DNA of 61,851 nt from an uncultured bacterium (GCA_965552135.1 CBEVQY010000014.1:1-61851); one strand, 5' to 3'; counted from the first letter of the stretch, positions 8,232-17,911 are shown. Notes: generated by a model not told the origin, from the sequence alone. Numbers and translations: made by a program.

Positions 8232-9546
8232 AGTCCTCGGTAATCCTTACGACCTTGCCACTCGCGGGGGAGTGTATTGGCGCTCCGAGCTTGCCCTCAG
8301 GCAGCGCAGCCAAAACCTGACCAAAGCCCACAAGCTCCCCTGCCGACACAACGGGCTTTGCCGCCACACCCGCGTGCTGCTTGAGCTTCAGAACAAGCTC
8401 GCCGTCGTACTCGAACGACGGAAGGAAATCGTAGGCTCTGTGCTCGAACTCATCCACCCCAAGGCGCTCCAGGAGGCGGGCGTACGGTATCCGCCTGAAA
8501 TCGCGCTCCCGGCGGGGCGAAAGCTCATCACCGGACCAGCTGTACCTCACACCGCTTTCCGCAAAGCGCTTTTTGAGGGCGGCGTTTACCCTCCTGGGCG
8601 AAAGCCCCATCGGGCATGCGAAAAGCTCGCACACACCGCACTCGGAGCATATCAGGGCGCCGAGCATCGCCTCGAGCGGCAACGATATCGGGTGCGCCGC
8701 AGACCTCATGATCCTGTGCGGCTCGATGGGATGCCCCAGAAGGTGCCGCGGACAGAGGTCAGAGCAGGTCTGACACTGCATACACGCCGACGCCGCAAGG
8801 CGAAGGACGTAGCGCAAAGGCATGGTTCGGCTCTTTACAAGCCTGTGGTCGGCGTCCAGGACGATAAAGCCCGATGTCGTCTTCTTCACAGGCTCATCGA
8901 GCGACACAAGCGCGCCCATCATAGGTCCGCCCTCGATGACGACGAAGTCGTCTTTCGTTGGTTTGGCGTAGTCCAGAAGCGCCTTCGCCGGAACGCCCAA
9001 GGGCACCACTGCGGTAAACGGTCTTTCCACCGCGCCGGCAACGGTCAGCCATTTGTGGGTAACGGGTTTGCCCTCAAGCGCGCGGCGTATGTTCAAAAGG
9101 GTTTCGACGTTGTTGACGGCGGCGCCAACGGCGAGGGGTATCCCCCCCGGCGGAACGACACGCCCCAAAACGCGCTCCACAAGCTCGAACTCGTCGCCGG
9201 CTGGGAAGAAGTCGTCAAGCTCAACGGGCACAACGCCGTACGTATCGAGATGTGGCAGAACAGTCTCCCAAACCTCGCTGTACTTTCGCTTGGCGGCGAA
9301 GTAGGCTTTCTTCGCGCCACGCGCGTCTCTGACGAGCGCAAGAGCCTCCACAACCTCGTCGCCGCAGCGGCGCATAAGCTCAACGTCCTTCCGCAAAAGC
9401 GGCTCGCACTCGGCGCCGTTGGCGATGTAATGTTCGAACTCCCCCGAAAGCTTCTTCGCCGCCGGAAAGCCCCCTCCCCCGGCGCCAACAACGCCGGCAT
9501 CGCCCACAAGAGCCACAAGATCACTTATGTCAAGATGCCGGGGCAC
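8209..9546 (-). CDS. RnfC/PduS-like flavin and 2x[4Fe-4S] oxidoreductase (SLBB domain)
   Basis: GVVGAGGGGFP, NGAECEPLL, GGPMMG, CMQCQTCSDLCP, CSECGVCELFACP, C-terminal LKQHAG...IHSPASG domain (PduS-type order). GTG 9546 has SD GGGAGG. Confidence 0.85.
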   Translation of the reverse strand: MPRHLDISDLVALVGDAGVVGAGGGGFPAAKKLSGEFEHYIANGAECEPLLRKDVELMRRCGDEVVEALALVRDARGAKKAYFAAKRKYSEVWETVLPHLDTYGVVPVELDDFFPAGDEFELVERVLGRVVPPGGIPLAVGAAVNNVETLLNIRRALEGKPVTHKWLTVAGAVERPFTAVVPLGVPAKALLDYAKPTKDDFVVIEGGPMMGALVSLDEPVKKTTSGFIVLDADHRLVKSRTMPLRYVLRLAASACMQCQTCSDLCPRHLLGHPIEPHRIMRSAAHPISLPLEAMLGALICSECGVCELFACPMGLSPRRVNAALKKRFAESGVRYSWSGDELSPRRERDFRRIPYARLLERLGVDEFEHRAYDFLPSFEYDGELVLKLKQHAGVAAKPVVSAGELVGFGQVLAALPEGKLGAPIHSPASGKVVRITEDSIVVAPR

Positions 9547-12500
9547 CGCTGCCTCCCTCAGGACCAAGCTCCCTGGGCGCAAACGAAAGCGCTGTCAAAA
9601 CCAAAGCCGCAGCCCCCAAAGATGCGACCGCGACACCGTTGACGATGTAAAACGGATTTGCCGCGCAGGTCAATATCTTCGACGCGACCTCAAGCGCGCG
9701 TGCGCTGAAAGCAACGGAGATGTAAAGCGGTAAGGCATCGCGCAGGATGTGCCTGACCAAAGCCCACCCCACGCCAAGCCAAAGCAAGCCCTTTGCGGCT
9801 CCCCAGGCAAGCTCGGGGAGGGTTTTTGTTCCTTGTGCACCCAGCGCGACAGCCGCAAGCACAGCCACAGCCGCCAAAGTTCCGCGACTCGCCCGCGCGC
9901 GAAGGAAGCTATAGGCAACAAACAAAGCGGGCAGATGCAAGAACAAATCGTTGCCGAAGCGGTCGACGACCGCAAGCGCGGGAACGAAACCGTCGAAGCC
10001 GGGCGGCAGGAGAACGGGCGGATTGGCAAGGGGCACGTTGAACGCAAGCTCAACCCATCTGACGAAAGCTCCAACGCCCGCAAGCACGAACAAGGCGCCG
10101 ATGCTTGCTGCGATGTTCTCCCAGGCGGGCACACGCATCCGCAGCCTTTCGCCGAAGGATGTGCTCATAAACGCGCCAACGCACACCGCCGCAGCCGCTG
10201 CAGAAAAGATCACGCCCAAAGCGGACTCGACGAGCCGTATGGTGTAATACGTCCCCAGCGGGAAGACGGTATAGTACCCCTCGACCACAGCGGGTATTTT
10301 GTTTACGGCGGAGATTGCCTTTGCGCCCCCGGCTGCAACCGCGACCCACAAAAGCGCCTTCGGCTTGACCATGCCCGCGGACACACCCTTCGCGAAGGCA
10401 ACCACGACGACGAAAACCCACACCGCGACGACGACAAGGGGCGCGATCGTTGCCAGAGCGCTTATCAGCGTCGTCTTTCGCTGGCGGCGCTCCCACCACT
10501 CAGGAAGCTTCAGGAAAAGCTCGGGTCCTGTGGGTTCATCTCCAACGACCTCGACCCTCGCGCGCCAGCAAGCCTCGCCGATCGAATCGGGCGACTGCCA
10601 AACAAAACAGTGATCCATACGCTTCGGGCGCTTCTCGCTCGTGCGCTCAACAAGCTCCCAGCCAACCACATCCCGAAGGTCAAAGTCCTGCAGAAGCGAA
10701 ACGGAAAGGCTGTAGGCTGAGTCCTGCGGTATCGTTGCGCCGCTGTCGCCCTCCTCAAGCCAGTGCTCGAAGCGGAAGACATCGCCGTCGGGAGCGAGGT
10801 AAACGTAGTACTGATTTTTCTCCTCCGGTATGAAGAACCTCGCGCGCCACCCGGCGAACGGCGCCTTGCCGCGCTCGCCCCAGTTGTAGAAAACGCCGAA
10901 CCACCCCTGCCGCTGGTAGACGTATCTCCTCTCAAGCCCTCCGGGGAAGATCTGCGGTGTGGCGGCTTTGCGAAAACCCTCCGTCCCAACGCCCCTGCCC
11001 TCAAGGAACCTTTCTGCGGCGGCTATAGCCTGCCCGCGCGTTATCCTGAACCTGCCGTGCGGATAGCTCGGCGCAGCCAACGACACAACAAGACCAACCG
11101 CCGCAGCGACCAGAAGGGCGAAAACCTTTCCGCGCTTGAGGGGAGTATATGGCACCGGTGGCGGCGCCGCCTCCTCGACGACCGAGGGCTCCTGAGGCGG
11201 CAGCATATCCTCGCATCTTGCCACCTCGCCGCGCCGACCAAACAGATATCCCAAAGCCACAAGACCCGCGGGCACAAGAACCACGCCGACGATGAAGACA
11301 GCGTTCACCGCGCTCGGCTGCCTGAGGATCTGAACGCCAACAAGCGCCGCATCGAACACGAAGTGGCTAACCAAAGTTGCCACAACGCCGTAGCGCAAAA
11401 AGATCAATCCAAAAGCAACGCCCACAAGCCCAACCTCCACGCCGCGGACGTACCCCGGAAGCTGTGGGTAGTTGCTGTGCAGAAAACCCCACACAAAAGC
11501 CGGAACTATCACACCCAAGACCCTGCTCTTCGCAAGCTTCGACAGAAACGGCACGCCGAAGAGCCTGAAGATGAACTCCTCCACCACCGACGCCTGAAGA
11601 CCCACAACGAGCGCAAAGAGCCAGGGGAGATAGGTGCTCAGAAGGTTGGTGTAGTTGGTGTCGGTTGGGGTCCAGAATCCGAGGCGCTTTCCGATGACGT
11701 AGAATGCGACGATAAATCCTATCTGCGCGGCGGCAAGGAGGTATCCTGCCAAAACCGCCCATCTGAACTCCGCCGTAGACCAGCCGCGGGGCGAGAGAAG
11801 CTGCGGAAGATACGAAAACCCGGACATATACTGACGGTAAATCCTTTCGCCCGACACGGCGGCTACAAACGCCAGAAGACCATTGACCGCAGCAGAAAGA
11901 AGCGCCCCAAAAAGCCTTCGGAAAACGAACCCAGCCCAGCTTTCGGCTGTGTCGTAGCCAAAGAGCGCAAGCGGGAACAAGTTTACAGATCCCGCGATTG
12001 AGACGAAGAAGATCAGAAGTCCCACCGCTGCTCCGAATCGCCACGCAAGCCCACGCCGGAAGAGGAAGAAGAGGTACCCCAAAAGCGCGATAAACAGGAT
12101 CAAAGCCGCAAGCAGCGCCACCGTTTGGAATAGCTCGTTGGAGCTGCGAAGCTTTCTAAAATCGCGCCACCAGCCCTCGGGAACGTGCAAAAAGTCGCGG
12201 AAGCTGCCGACCTCATCGCCCAAAACGCCAACCTCAACCCAGCGCTTCGCCTCGCCAATGCTCCAGCCGCGAAGCTCGTAGGTAAACGTGTGGTCGCGGC
12301 GATTCGGGCGCCTCTCGCTCTGACTCTTCTTGGGCTCCCAGCGACTGAGATTATATCCCAAGCCCGCAAGGAACGCCTCGGCTATGGCGCGGGCGCTGTC
12401 CGACGAAATGTCTGCGCCGCTTAAAGTCTCGGGAACAACGTGCTCAAAGCTAACAAGCCTGCCGTCGTCGGGACGAATCGAAACAACGTACTCCTCCTTC

Positions 12501-12826
12501 CTGCCCGGAACAAAATATCGCCTCGTCCAAAACCAAACGGCTACATCGCCCCTCGTGTGAAGCGCAATTATCGTGTCGGGACCAAACTCCTTGTCCAGAT
12601 AGAGCTTCCCCTCCTCAAGCATCACCGTAACCCTTCGGAAGGTCGATATGTCCACGCCCTTTGCCGCAAGGATCGAGTCGACAAGCTCCGAAGCCCTCGC
12701 GCGGGAAAGCCTTATGGGAATCTCAGCCTCGGGGAAGGCGCGGGTGTAGTTGCGAAGCGAATACAAAAGCCCGCCCAAGGCACAAACGAAAAGCACGAAA
12801 AACACAATCCGCTGCGACCTCGACAT
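9530..12826 (-). CDS. Large CPBP (CAAX/Abi) intramembrane metalloprotease with duplicated extracytoplasmic modules
   Basis: EEFIFR, WGFLH and SHFVFD motifs; many TM helices; ATG 12826 with SD GGAGG. Confidence 0.8.
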   Translation of the reverse strand: MSRSQRIVFFVLFVCALGGLLYSLRNYTRAFPEAEIPIRLSRARASELVDSILAAKGVDISTFRRVTVMLEEGKLYLDKEFGPDTIIALHTRGDVAVWFWTRRYFVPGRKEEYVVSIRPDDGRLVSFEHVVPETLSGADISSDSARAIAEAFLAGLGYNLSRWEPKKSQSERRPNRRDHTFTYELRGWSIGEAKRWVEVGVLGDEVGSFRDFLHVPEGWWRDFRKLRSSNELFQTVALLAALILFIALLGYLFFLFRRGLAWRFGAAVGLLIFFVSIAGSVNLFPLALFGYDTAESWAGFVFRRLFGALLSAAVNGLLAFVAAVSGERIYRQYMSGFSYLPQLLSPRGWSTAEFRWAVLAGYLLAAAQIGFIVAFYVIGKRLGFWTPTDTNYTNLLSTYLPWLFALVVGLQASVVEEFIFRLFGVPFLSKLAKSRVLGVIVPAFVWGFLHSNYPQLPGYVRGVEVGLVGVAFGLIFLRYGVVATLVSHFVFDAALVGVQILRQPSAVNAVFIVGVVLVPAGLVALGYLFGRRGEVARCEDMLPPQEPSVVEEAAPPPVPYTPLKRGKVFALLVAAAVGLVVSLAAPSYPHGRFRITRGQAIAAAERFLEGRGVGTEGFRKAATPQIFPGGLERRYVYQRQGWFGVFYNWGERGKAPFAGWRARFFIPEEKNQYYVYLAPDGDVFRFEHWLEEGDSGATIPQDSAYSLSVSLLQDFDLRDVVGWELVERTSEKRPKRMDHCFVWQSPDSIGEACWRARVEVVGDEPTGPELFLKLPEWWERRQRKTTLISALATIAPLVVVAVWVFVVVVAFAKGVSAGMVKPKALLWVAVAAGGAKAISAVNKIPAVVEGYYTVFPLGTYYTIRLVESALGVIFSAAAAAVCVGAFMSTSFGERLRMRVPAWENIAASIGALFVLAGVGAFVRWVELAFNVPLANPPVLLPPGFDGFVPALAVVDRFGNDLFLHLPALFVAYSFLRARASRGTLAAVAVLAAVALGAQGTKTLPELAWGAAKGLLWLGVGWALVRHILRDALPLYISVAFSARALEVASKILTCAANPFYIVNGVAVASLGAAALVLTALSFAPRELGPEGGSGAPAS

Positions 12827-12933
12827 ACCTCCTCCCCAAAAGGGCTTACACAATTACGCATCCTCGACAGCCGAAGTCAATCGCAAAAAACTCTTGACAA
12901 AAAGCCCAGCCTCGATATTTAGATTAACTGCGT

Positions 12934-13005
12934 GGCGGTATCGTCTAGCGGTTAGGACAGGTGGTTCTCAGCCATCAGACCGGGGTTCGACTCCCCGTAC
13001 CGCCA
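12934..13005 (+). tRNA. tRNA-Glu (anticodon CTC)
   Basis: Acceptor stem GGCGGTA/TACCGCC, D arm GTCTAGCGGTTAGGAC, anticodon arm GGTGG-TTCTCAG-CCATC, T arm CGGGG-TTCGACT-CCCCG; CCA not encoded; TTGACA at 12894-12899 upstream. Confidence 0.95.
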
Positions 13006-13051
13006 CTTTTTTATTTACGGTCTGCGCCGGCTGCCCGTTTGGGGTTCTGGC

Positions 13052-14968
13052 TTAGGGCGTTGAGTTTGCGCTTTGGGGGATGCCGTTTGGGAAGTCGATG
13101 CCGATGCCGTAGTTCGAATACATCCACCAATCGCCTTCCTTCCCCTTGCCGTTGTACGAATCCTTTCCCCCGAGGTCGAGCATAAGCCCAATGCTTCCGA
13201 AGTCGCGGCGCCAGTTGCCGTATCCCTGGACGTTGTAGTTTCGTTTGGCGGAGTATGCGTCTTCGCCGCTGCCCTCGTCGACGAGGACGCCTATGCCGTT
13301 TGCGTTGCCGGCGCCCTGGGCGAGGTCCCAGGTGGTGTAGTTGTCGTCGCCGGCGCGGTCGTTTAGGAAACCTATCGCAAGGTCGTGTCCGCAGCCCTGC
13401 GAAACGCCGTGGGCAACATATGAGTCGTTGCCCGACAGGTCCACAAGCGCTGCAGCCGAAAGGTGAACGCCCGAGCCCTGCGCATACTGATACGAGGTGT
13501 AGCTGTCGTTCCCGCCGGCGTCGTATATCGCGCCCAGGGCGAGCCAGTAGCTTGCACCCTGACCGAATATGTCGGACACGTAGACGTCGTTGCCTCCCCT
13601 CTCGACCAAAAGCCCCACTCCGCCGGAGTAGTCGGGTCTGTAGCCGTAGCCGAAGCCCTGCGAAAGCGTGAGGTGGTGGTCGGCGTACCTCAGCTTGTCG
13701 ACGCTTGCGCCCGTGCAGACGTACGAATCGTTCCCCTCCTCCTCCCAAAGGATGCCGAGCCCGCCCACAAAGCCGAACGCCTGAGCGTAGAGATGGGCTT
13801 CGTATCTGTCGTTTCCCGACCTGTCGAACAGCAGTCCGCCGCCGCAGAAACCACAGCCTTCGACCCCGGTGTGCCCAACGTACACGTCGTCGCCGCCCTC
13901 GTCCCAAAGGATGCCCCAGCCGAAAAACCCCGCGCCGAGGCTATGGTGCTTTGCCCTGTAGTGGTCGTCGCCGGCGGCATCGATTAAAATCCCTGCGCCG
14001 CAGAGCGCCGCGCCGATCGAAAACGAGTTGTCGCACCAGTAAACATCGTTCCCGCCAAGGTCGATGGAGACCGAGAGCATAAGCGTGGTGTCGGTTCCGC
14101 CGGCGCCGCCGCGATACTCATCGTCGCCGCCAAGGTCGATTATCACGGCGCACGGCATAAGGTAGACCGTGGGACCCTGACCGCCTATCACGAACGGACC
14201 GAACCGGGTTTCGGCGTAGTAGATTATGTCGCCGAACGCGACGGTTTCGGGCGCGGCGGCGTCACCGTACTGAGGCTCAACAGCCTTCGCGAGGTCATAT
14301 GCGCTCCACGCCGCCTGTGCGACGCGCTGCGCAGCACGCAAAACCCTCTCCCCGTCCACGCGGGAGGCGAGGGTGAAGAAGCGCTCATCGGCGCGCTCCT
14401 GCTCAAGCTCCCTCTGGTCCGCCTCCTCGAGCGTGGATTCGTCGACCTCCTCGGCGAGCTTCTCGGCGCCGGGCATAAGATACTCGGGCGCCCGCAAGCG
14501 CAGCGTATCAAGCTGGAAGGAATCGAGCCTCGCAAAGGCAGCGTCAAGCTCGGAGGCGGCGTCGACGAAGGCGTCGTAGATGATGTCGAGGGCTTTGCGC
14601 AGCTTCGGAGGAATCTCCGTCCGACCCGACCAGGGACGCCCACCCGCATGCTCGTTGAAAACCGGTCTTTGGACCTCAAGATCAAGCAGCGGAGCCGCAG
14701 CCATAAGAAACGAAGTGCCCGTCGAGAAATCGAGCTCGGAGACGACGCTGTCGATTATATCTGGCAGCTCAAGCGGGCGCGACATAGCCTCGTCGACGAT
14801 CGAAAGCCTGAACGAATCGACCTCGATGCCAGCCTTGAGCGTGACGTGCTCCGGCTTCATCTTAAGCGCCTCAAGCGCTGTTGCCAGGGCATCGGCGCGG
14901 GAAAGACCAGAACGACCCTTCCCGAAGCAGAACGCCGCCAAAACAAAGAGCAAAAAAAGCCTTTTCAA
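13052..14968 (-). CDS. Secreted hypothetical protein with about 12 D-x-x-G-[ND]-D-x-Y repeats
   Basis: Signal peptide MKRLFLLFVLAAFC; tandem repeats such as IIDLGGDDEY, LFDRSGNDRY, LVDLSGNDSY. Confidence 0.8.
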   Translation of the reverse strand: MKRLFLLFVLAAFCFGKGRSGLSRADALATALEALKMKPEHVTLKAGIEVDSFRLSIVDEAMSRPLELPDIIDSVVSELDFSTGTSFLMAAAPLLDLEVQRPVFNEHAGGRPWSGRTEIPPKLRKALDIIYDAFVDAASELDAAFARLDSFQLDTLRLRAPEYLMPGAEKLAEEVDESTLEEADQRELEQERADERFFTLASRVDGERVLRAAQRVAQAAWSAYDLAKAVEPQYGDAAAPETVAFGDIIYYAETRFGPFVIGGQGPTVYLMPCAVIIDLGGDDEYRGGAGGTDTTLMLSVSIDLGGNDVYWCDNSFSIGAALCGAGILIDAAGDDHYRAKHHSLGAGFFGWGILWDEGGDDVYVGHTGVEGCGFCGGGLLFDRSGNDRYEAHLYAQAFGFVGGLGILWEEEGNDSYVCTGASVDKLRYADHHLTLSQGFGYGYRPDYSGGVGLLVERGGNDVYVSDIFGQGASYWLALGAIYDAGGNDSYTSYQYAQGSGVHLSAAALVDLSGNDSYVAHGVSQGCGHDLAIGFLNDRAGDDNYTTWDLAQGAGNANGIGVLVDEGSGEDAYSAKRNYNVQGYGNWRRDFGSIGLMLDLGGKDSYNGKGKEGDWWMYSNYGIGIDFPNGIPQSANSTP

Positions 14969-14974
14969 CTCCGC

Positions 14975-15502
14975 CTACCCCCGTCTTTTTGCGATGCGGG
15001 CAAGGACCATCCTCTCGAGCTCAAGGAGCCTGCGCTTTATCTCCTCTCCTGCGGCGAACCCGCCAACGCTGCCGTCGCTGCGGATGACGCGGTGACACGG
15101 CACGATGATGGGCACTGGGTTTGCGCGAAGGGCATTTGCGACTGCTCGCACAGCGCGGGCACCACCACACAAAAGCGCAAGCCTGCCGTAGGTTATCGTG
15201 GCACCGTAGGGGATGGTCTTGGTGATGCACCAAACCCTCCTCTGAAACGGAGTTCCCCAAAGCGGTTTTGGGAAGACCGAGAAGCCAAGCCTCACCCCGT
15301 CGAGGTACTCCAGGATTTCCGTCGTTGCGGCAAGCCTGCCCTCTTTAAGCTCCCAGCCGTTTGCTCGAAGCCTGTCGAGCGCGTCGCCGGCTCCATCGCC
15401 CAGCGCAACAAGATGAACGAAACTCTCGCACCCAACCACAACACCGCACACGATACCGTGCCCGAAGTACTCGAAGGTCAAAACGCCCCTGCGCATCGGC
15501 AA
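14975..15502 (-). CDS. ogt: Methylated-DNA--protein-cysteine methyltransferase
   Basis: GTPFQRRVW, IPYGATITYG, NPVPIIVPCHRVI active site. Confidence 0.92.
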   Translation of the reverse strand: MPMRRGVLTFEYFGHGIVCGVVVGCESFVHLVALGDGAGDALDRLRANGWELKEGRLAATTEILEYLDGVRLGFSVFPKPLWGTPFQRRVWCITKTIPYGATITYGRLALLCGGARAVRAVANALRANPVPIIVPCHRVIRSDGSVGGFAAGEEIKRRLLELERMVLARIAKRRG

Positions 15503-15505
15503 AAC

Positions 15506-16595
15506 CTACTTCTTGGCCATCGCGAGATATGCCTCGATGAACTCCTCAAGCTCGCCGTCGAGGACCTTCTCCGCCTGAGACGTCTCGTACTGGGTGCGCA
15601 GGTCCTTCACAAGCTTGTACGGGTGCAGGACGTAGCTTCGTATCTGGCTACCCCACTCTATCTTCTTCTTCTGTTTCTCTATCTGTGCGCGCTTTTCGTC
15701 CTCTTCGCGCTTTTTGAGCGCCAAAAGCTTCGCCTTAAGCAGCTTCATCGCAAGCGCCCTGTTTTTGTGCTGCGAGCGCTCCGCCTGACACGTCACAACG
15801 ACGCCTGTAGGGATGTGCGTTATACGCACCGCCGTCTCAACCTTGTTCACGTTCTGACCACCGTGACCGCTGGCGCGAAAAGTGTCGACCCTTATGTCCG
15901 ACTCGTCTATCTCGATCTCCCAGCTCTCCTCGGTCTCAGGATACACGAAGACCGAGGCGAAGGAGGTGTGTCTTCTGTGATTGGCGTCGAACGGCGAAAG
16001 CCTGACCAGCCTGTGCACGCCGCTTTCGGACTTAAGATAGCCGTATGCGTACTCGCCCCTGACCTCGACGGTCGCCGACTTGATCCCAGCCTCCTCACCG
16101 GGGAGCTTATCGATAACCGTCGCCGACCAGCCCATCCTCTCGCAGAAGCGCAGATACATCCTCAAAAGCATCTCCGCCCAGTCCTGGGCTTCTGTTCCGC
16201 CTGCGCCGGCGTGGATCTCGAGCACCGCATCGGACCTGTCCTCGGGCGCGGAAAGGTAACTTTCGATCTCAAACGCTCTGAGCCGAGAGGAAACCCTGCG
16301 GTACTCCTCGAGGAGCTCCTCGTACTCGGGGCTTTCGGGCTCGATTATATCGACAAGTTCGGCAAGATCCCGTATCTGCTGCTCGATGCGCTCCGCCCGC
16401 TCAACAAGCTCTGCGAGAGTCTTCCGCTCCTCCGAAAGCTTTTGCGCGCGCCCGGGATCGCTCCAAACGTCGCCCGCAGAAAGCAGTGCATCAAGCTCAG
16501 AAAGCCTTTTGCGCTTGCCGGCTAAGTCAAAGATACCCCCTTAGGTTATCCCACCGCTCCCGAAGCTTCTCCACATCTATTTGATCAACTACCAT
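15506..16595 (-). CDS. prfB: Peptide chain release factor 2, expressed by programmed +1 frameshift
   Basis: ORF1 from ATG 16595 reads [22 protein letters not shown], then CTT-TGA-C; the +1 frame runs 16528-15506 and contains SPF and GGQ. Confidence 0.95.
16526..16541 (-). promoter_or_regulatory. prfB +1 frameshift site
   Basis: Minus strand AGGGGG-TAT-CTT-TGA-C: internal SD plus the slippery CTT TGA C. Confidence 0.95.
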
Positions 16596-16626
16596 TCTCC
16601 CCCTCCAGCTCTGAACCGCGTCTTTG

Positions 16627-16809
16627 CTAAAACTCCTCCTCGCCCTTCGGGCGCACCCTCTCGTATATCCACCACAAAGCGATAGCGCCGAAGACAGCAG
16701 CGAAGTAAAGGTATACCATCGTCTGGCGGCTCCAGTCGAAGACCAGCGTCAAGACGAAGGGCACAAGCGCATACAAAACCCAAAAGATCCACGACCTTAC
16801 GAAACCCAT
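16627..16809 (-). CDS. Small two-TM membrane protein (60 aa)
   Basis: ATG with a purine-rich SD, two hydrophobic segments, charged tail; co-directional and upstream of prfB. Confidence 0.65.
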   Translation of the reverse strand: MGFVRSWIFWVLYALVPFVLTLVFDWSRQTMVYLYFAAVFGAIALWWIYERVRPKGEEEF

Positions 16810-16833
16810 AACTTTCTCTCCCCCAAATTTTTG

Positions 16834-16862
16834 TTGCCCTTTTGGGGGAAAGATTATAGAAT
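16834..16862 (+). promoter_or_regulatory. Putative sigma70 promoter for the dCMP deaminase-nrdR operon
   Basis: TTGCCC (16834-16839), 17 nt, TAGAAT (16857-16862). Confidence 0.55.
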
Positions 16863-16898
16863 ATCAAGCATTGGTCAAGGACTTTTGGGGGATTTGGG

Positions 16899-17399
16899 AT
16901 GGGCGCTGGCTCAACAGGTGGACGTCCGAGCTGGGATGAGTACTTTATGGCGCTTGCTTTCCTTGTCGCGACGCGTTCGACCTGCACAAGGCGCAAGGTC
17001 GGCGCGGTGCTTGTGCGCGACCGAAGGATCCTGGCAACGGGCTACAACGGACCACCATCCGGCTTCCCGCACTGCGACGAAATAGGATGTCTGCGCGAAA
17101 AGCTTGGAATCCCCTCCGGCGAAAGGCAGGAGCTTTGCTGGGGCTTGCACGCCGAGCAAAACGCTGTGATCCAGGCTGCGCTGTTCGGCGTATCGACCAA
17201 AGGCTCAACACTCTACTGCACAACAAAGCCGTGCATAACCTGCGCCAAGATTTTGGCAAACGCGGGCGTTAAGCGAATCTACGCCGCCGAAGATTACCCC
17301 GACAAGTTCGCCGACGAGCTTTTAGAAAGGCTTGGCATAGAGGTGGTGTTTTTGCCAAAGCCCGATTTCGCCTTCTTGCTTGCGGAGGATGAGGAATGA
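16899..17399 (+). CDS. dCMP deaminase (ComEB family)
   Basis: [30 protein letters not shown] zinc motifs. Confidence 0.92.
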   Translation: MGAGSTGGRPSWDEYFMALAFLVATRSTCTRRKVGAVLVRDRRILATGYNGPPSGFPHCDEIGCLREKLGIPSGERQELCWGLHAEQNAVIQAALFGVSTKGSTLYCTTKPCITCAKILANAGVKRIYAAEDYPDKFADELLERLGIEVVFLPKPDFAFLLAEDEE

Positions 17400-17911
17400 G
17401 GTGTCCTTACTGCGGCGCGCTGGAGGACAGGGTGGTTGACTCGCGCATGATCCGCGACGGGAGAGCGATAAGACGAAGGAGGGAGTGCACCGCCTGCGGA
17501 AAGCGCTTCACAACCTACGAGTATATCGAAAGCTCGCCCATCCTTGTCGTCAAGCGCGACGGCAGGCGCGAGGAGTTCCAGCGCGAAAAGCTTTTGCACG
17601 GAATCCGCGCAGCGTGCCACAAAAGGGCTGTCTCAGCTGAGGAGATAGAAAACACCGTGGAGCGCATCGTGGGCGAAATCCTCGCCCTGGGGAAGTCGGA
17701 GATCTCATCGCTTGAGATAGGCGAGATAGTCATGCGCCACCTCCGGAGGCTCGACGAGGTGGCCTACGTGCGCTTCGCCTCGGTCTACCGCAAGTTCAAG
17801 GACGTTGAGGAGTTCGAGCAGATTCTGCATGAGCTTGAGGTCCTGAAGCGGCGCGACGCCCTCAAGGACGCACAGCTGCCCATCTTCGACGGCGAGGGGG
17901 ACGGAGGATGA
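17396..17911 (+). CDS. nrdR: Transcriptional repressor NrdR
   Basis: [27 protein letters not shown] cone, [10 protein letters not shown]. Confidence 0.97.
   Translation: MRCPYCGALEDRVVDSRMIRDGRAIRRRRECTACGKRFTTYEYIESSPILVVKRDGRREEFQREKLLHGIRAACHKRAVSAEEIENTVERIVGEILALGKSEISSLEIGEIVMRHLRRLDEVAYVRFASVYRKFKDVEEFEQILHELEVLKRRDALKDAQLPIFDGEGDGG

Noticed and set aside
12934..13005. tRNA as an integration site for an island
   Set aside because: No integrase and no convincing duplicated tRNA 3' end; the only match I noticed is 10 nt inside mltD (about 54549), which is chance level.
15506..16595. prfB as a frameshifted pseudogene
   Set aside because: The break is the canonical programmed CTT-TGA-C site.
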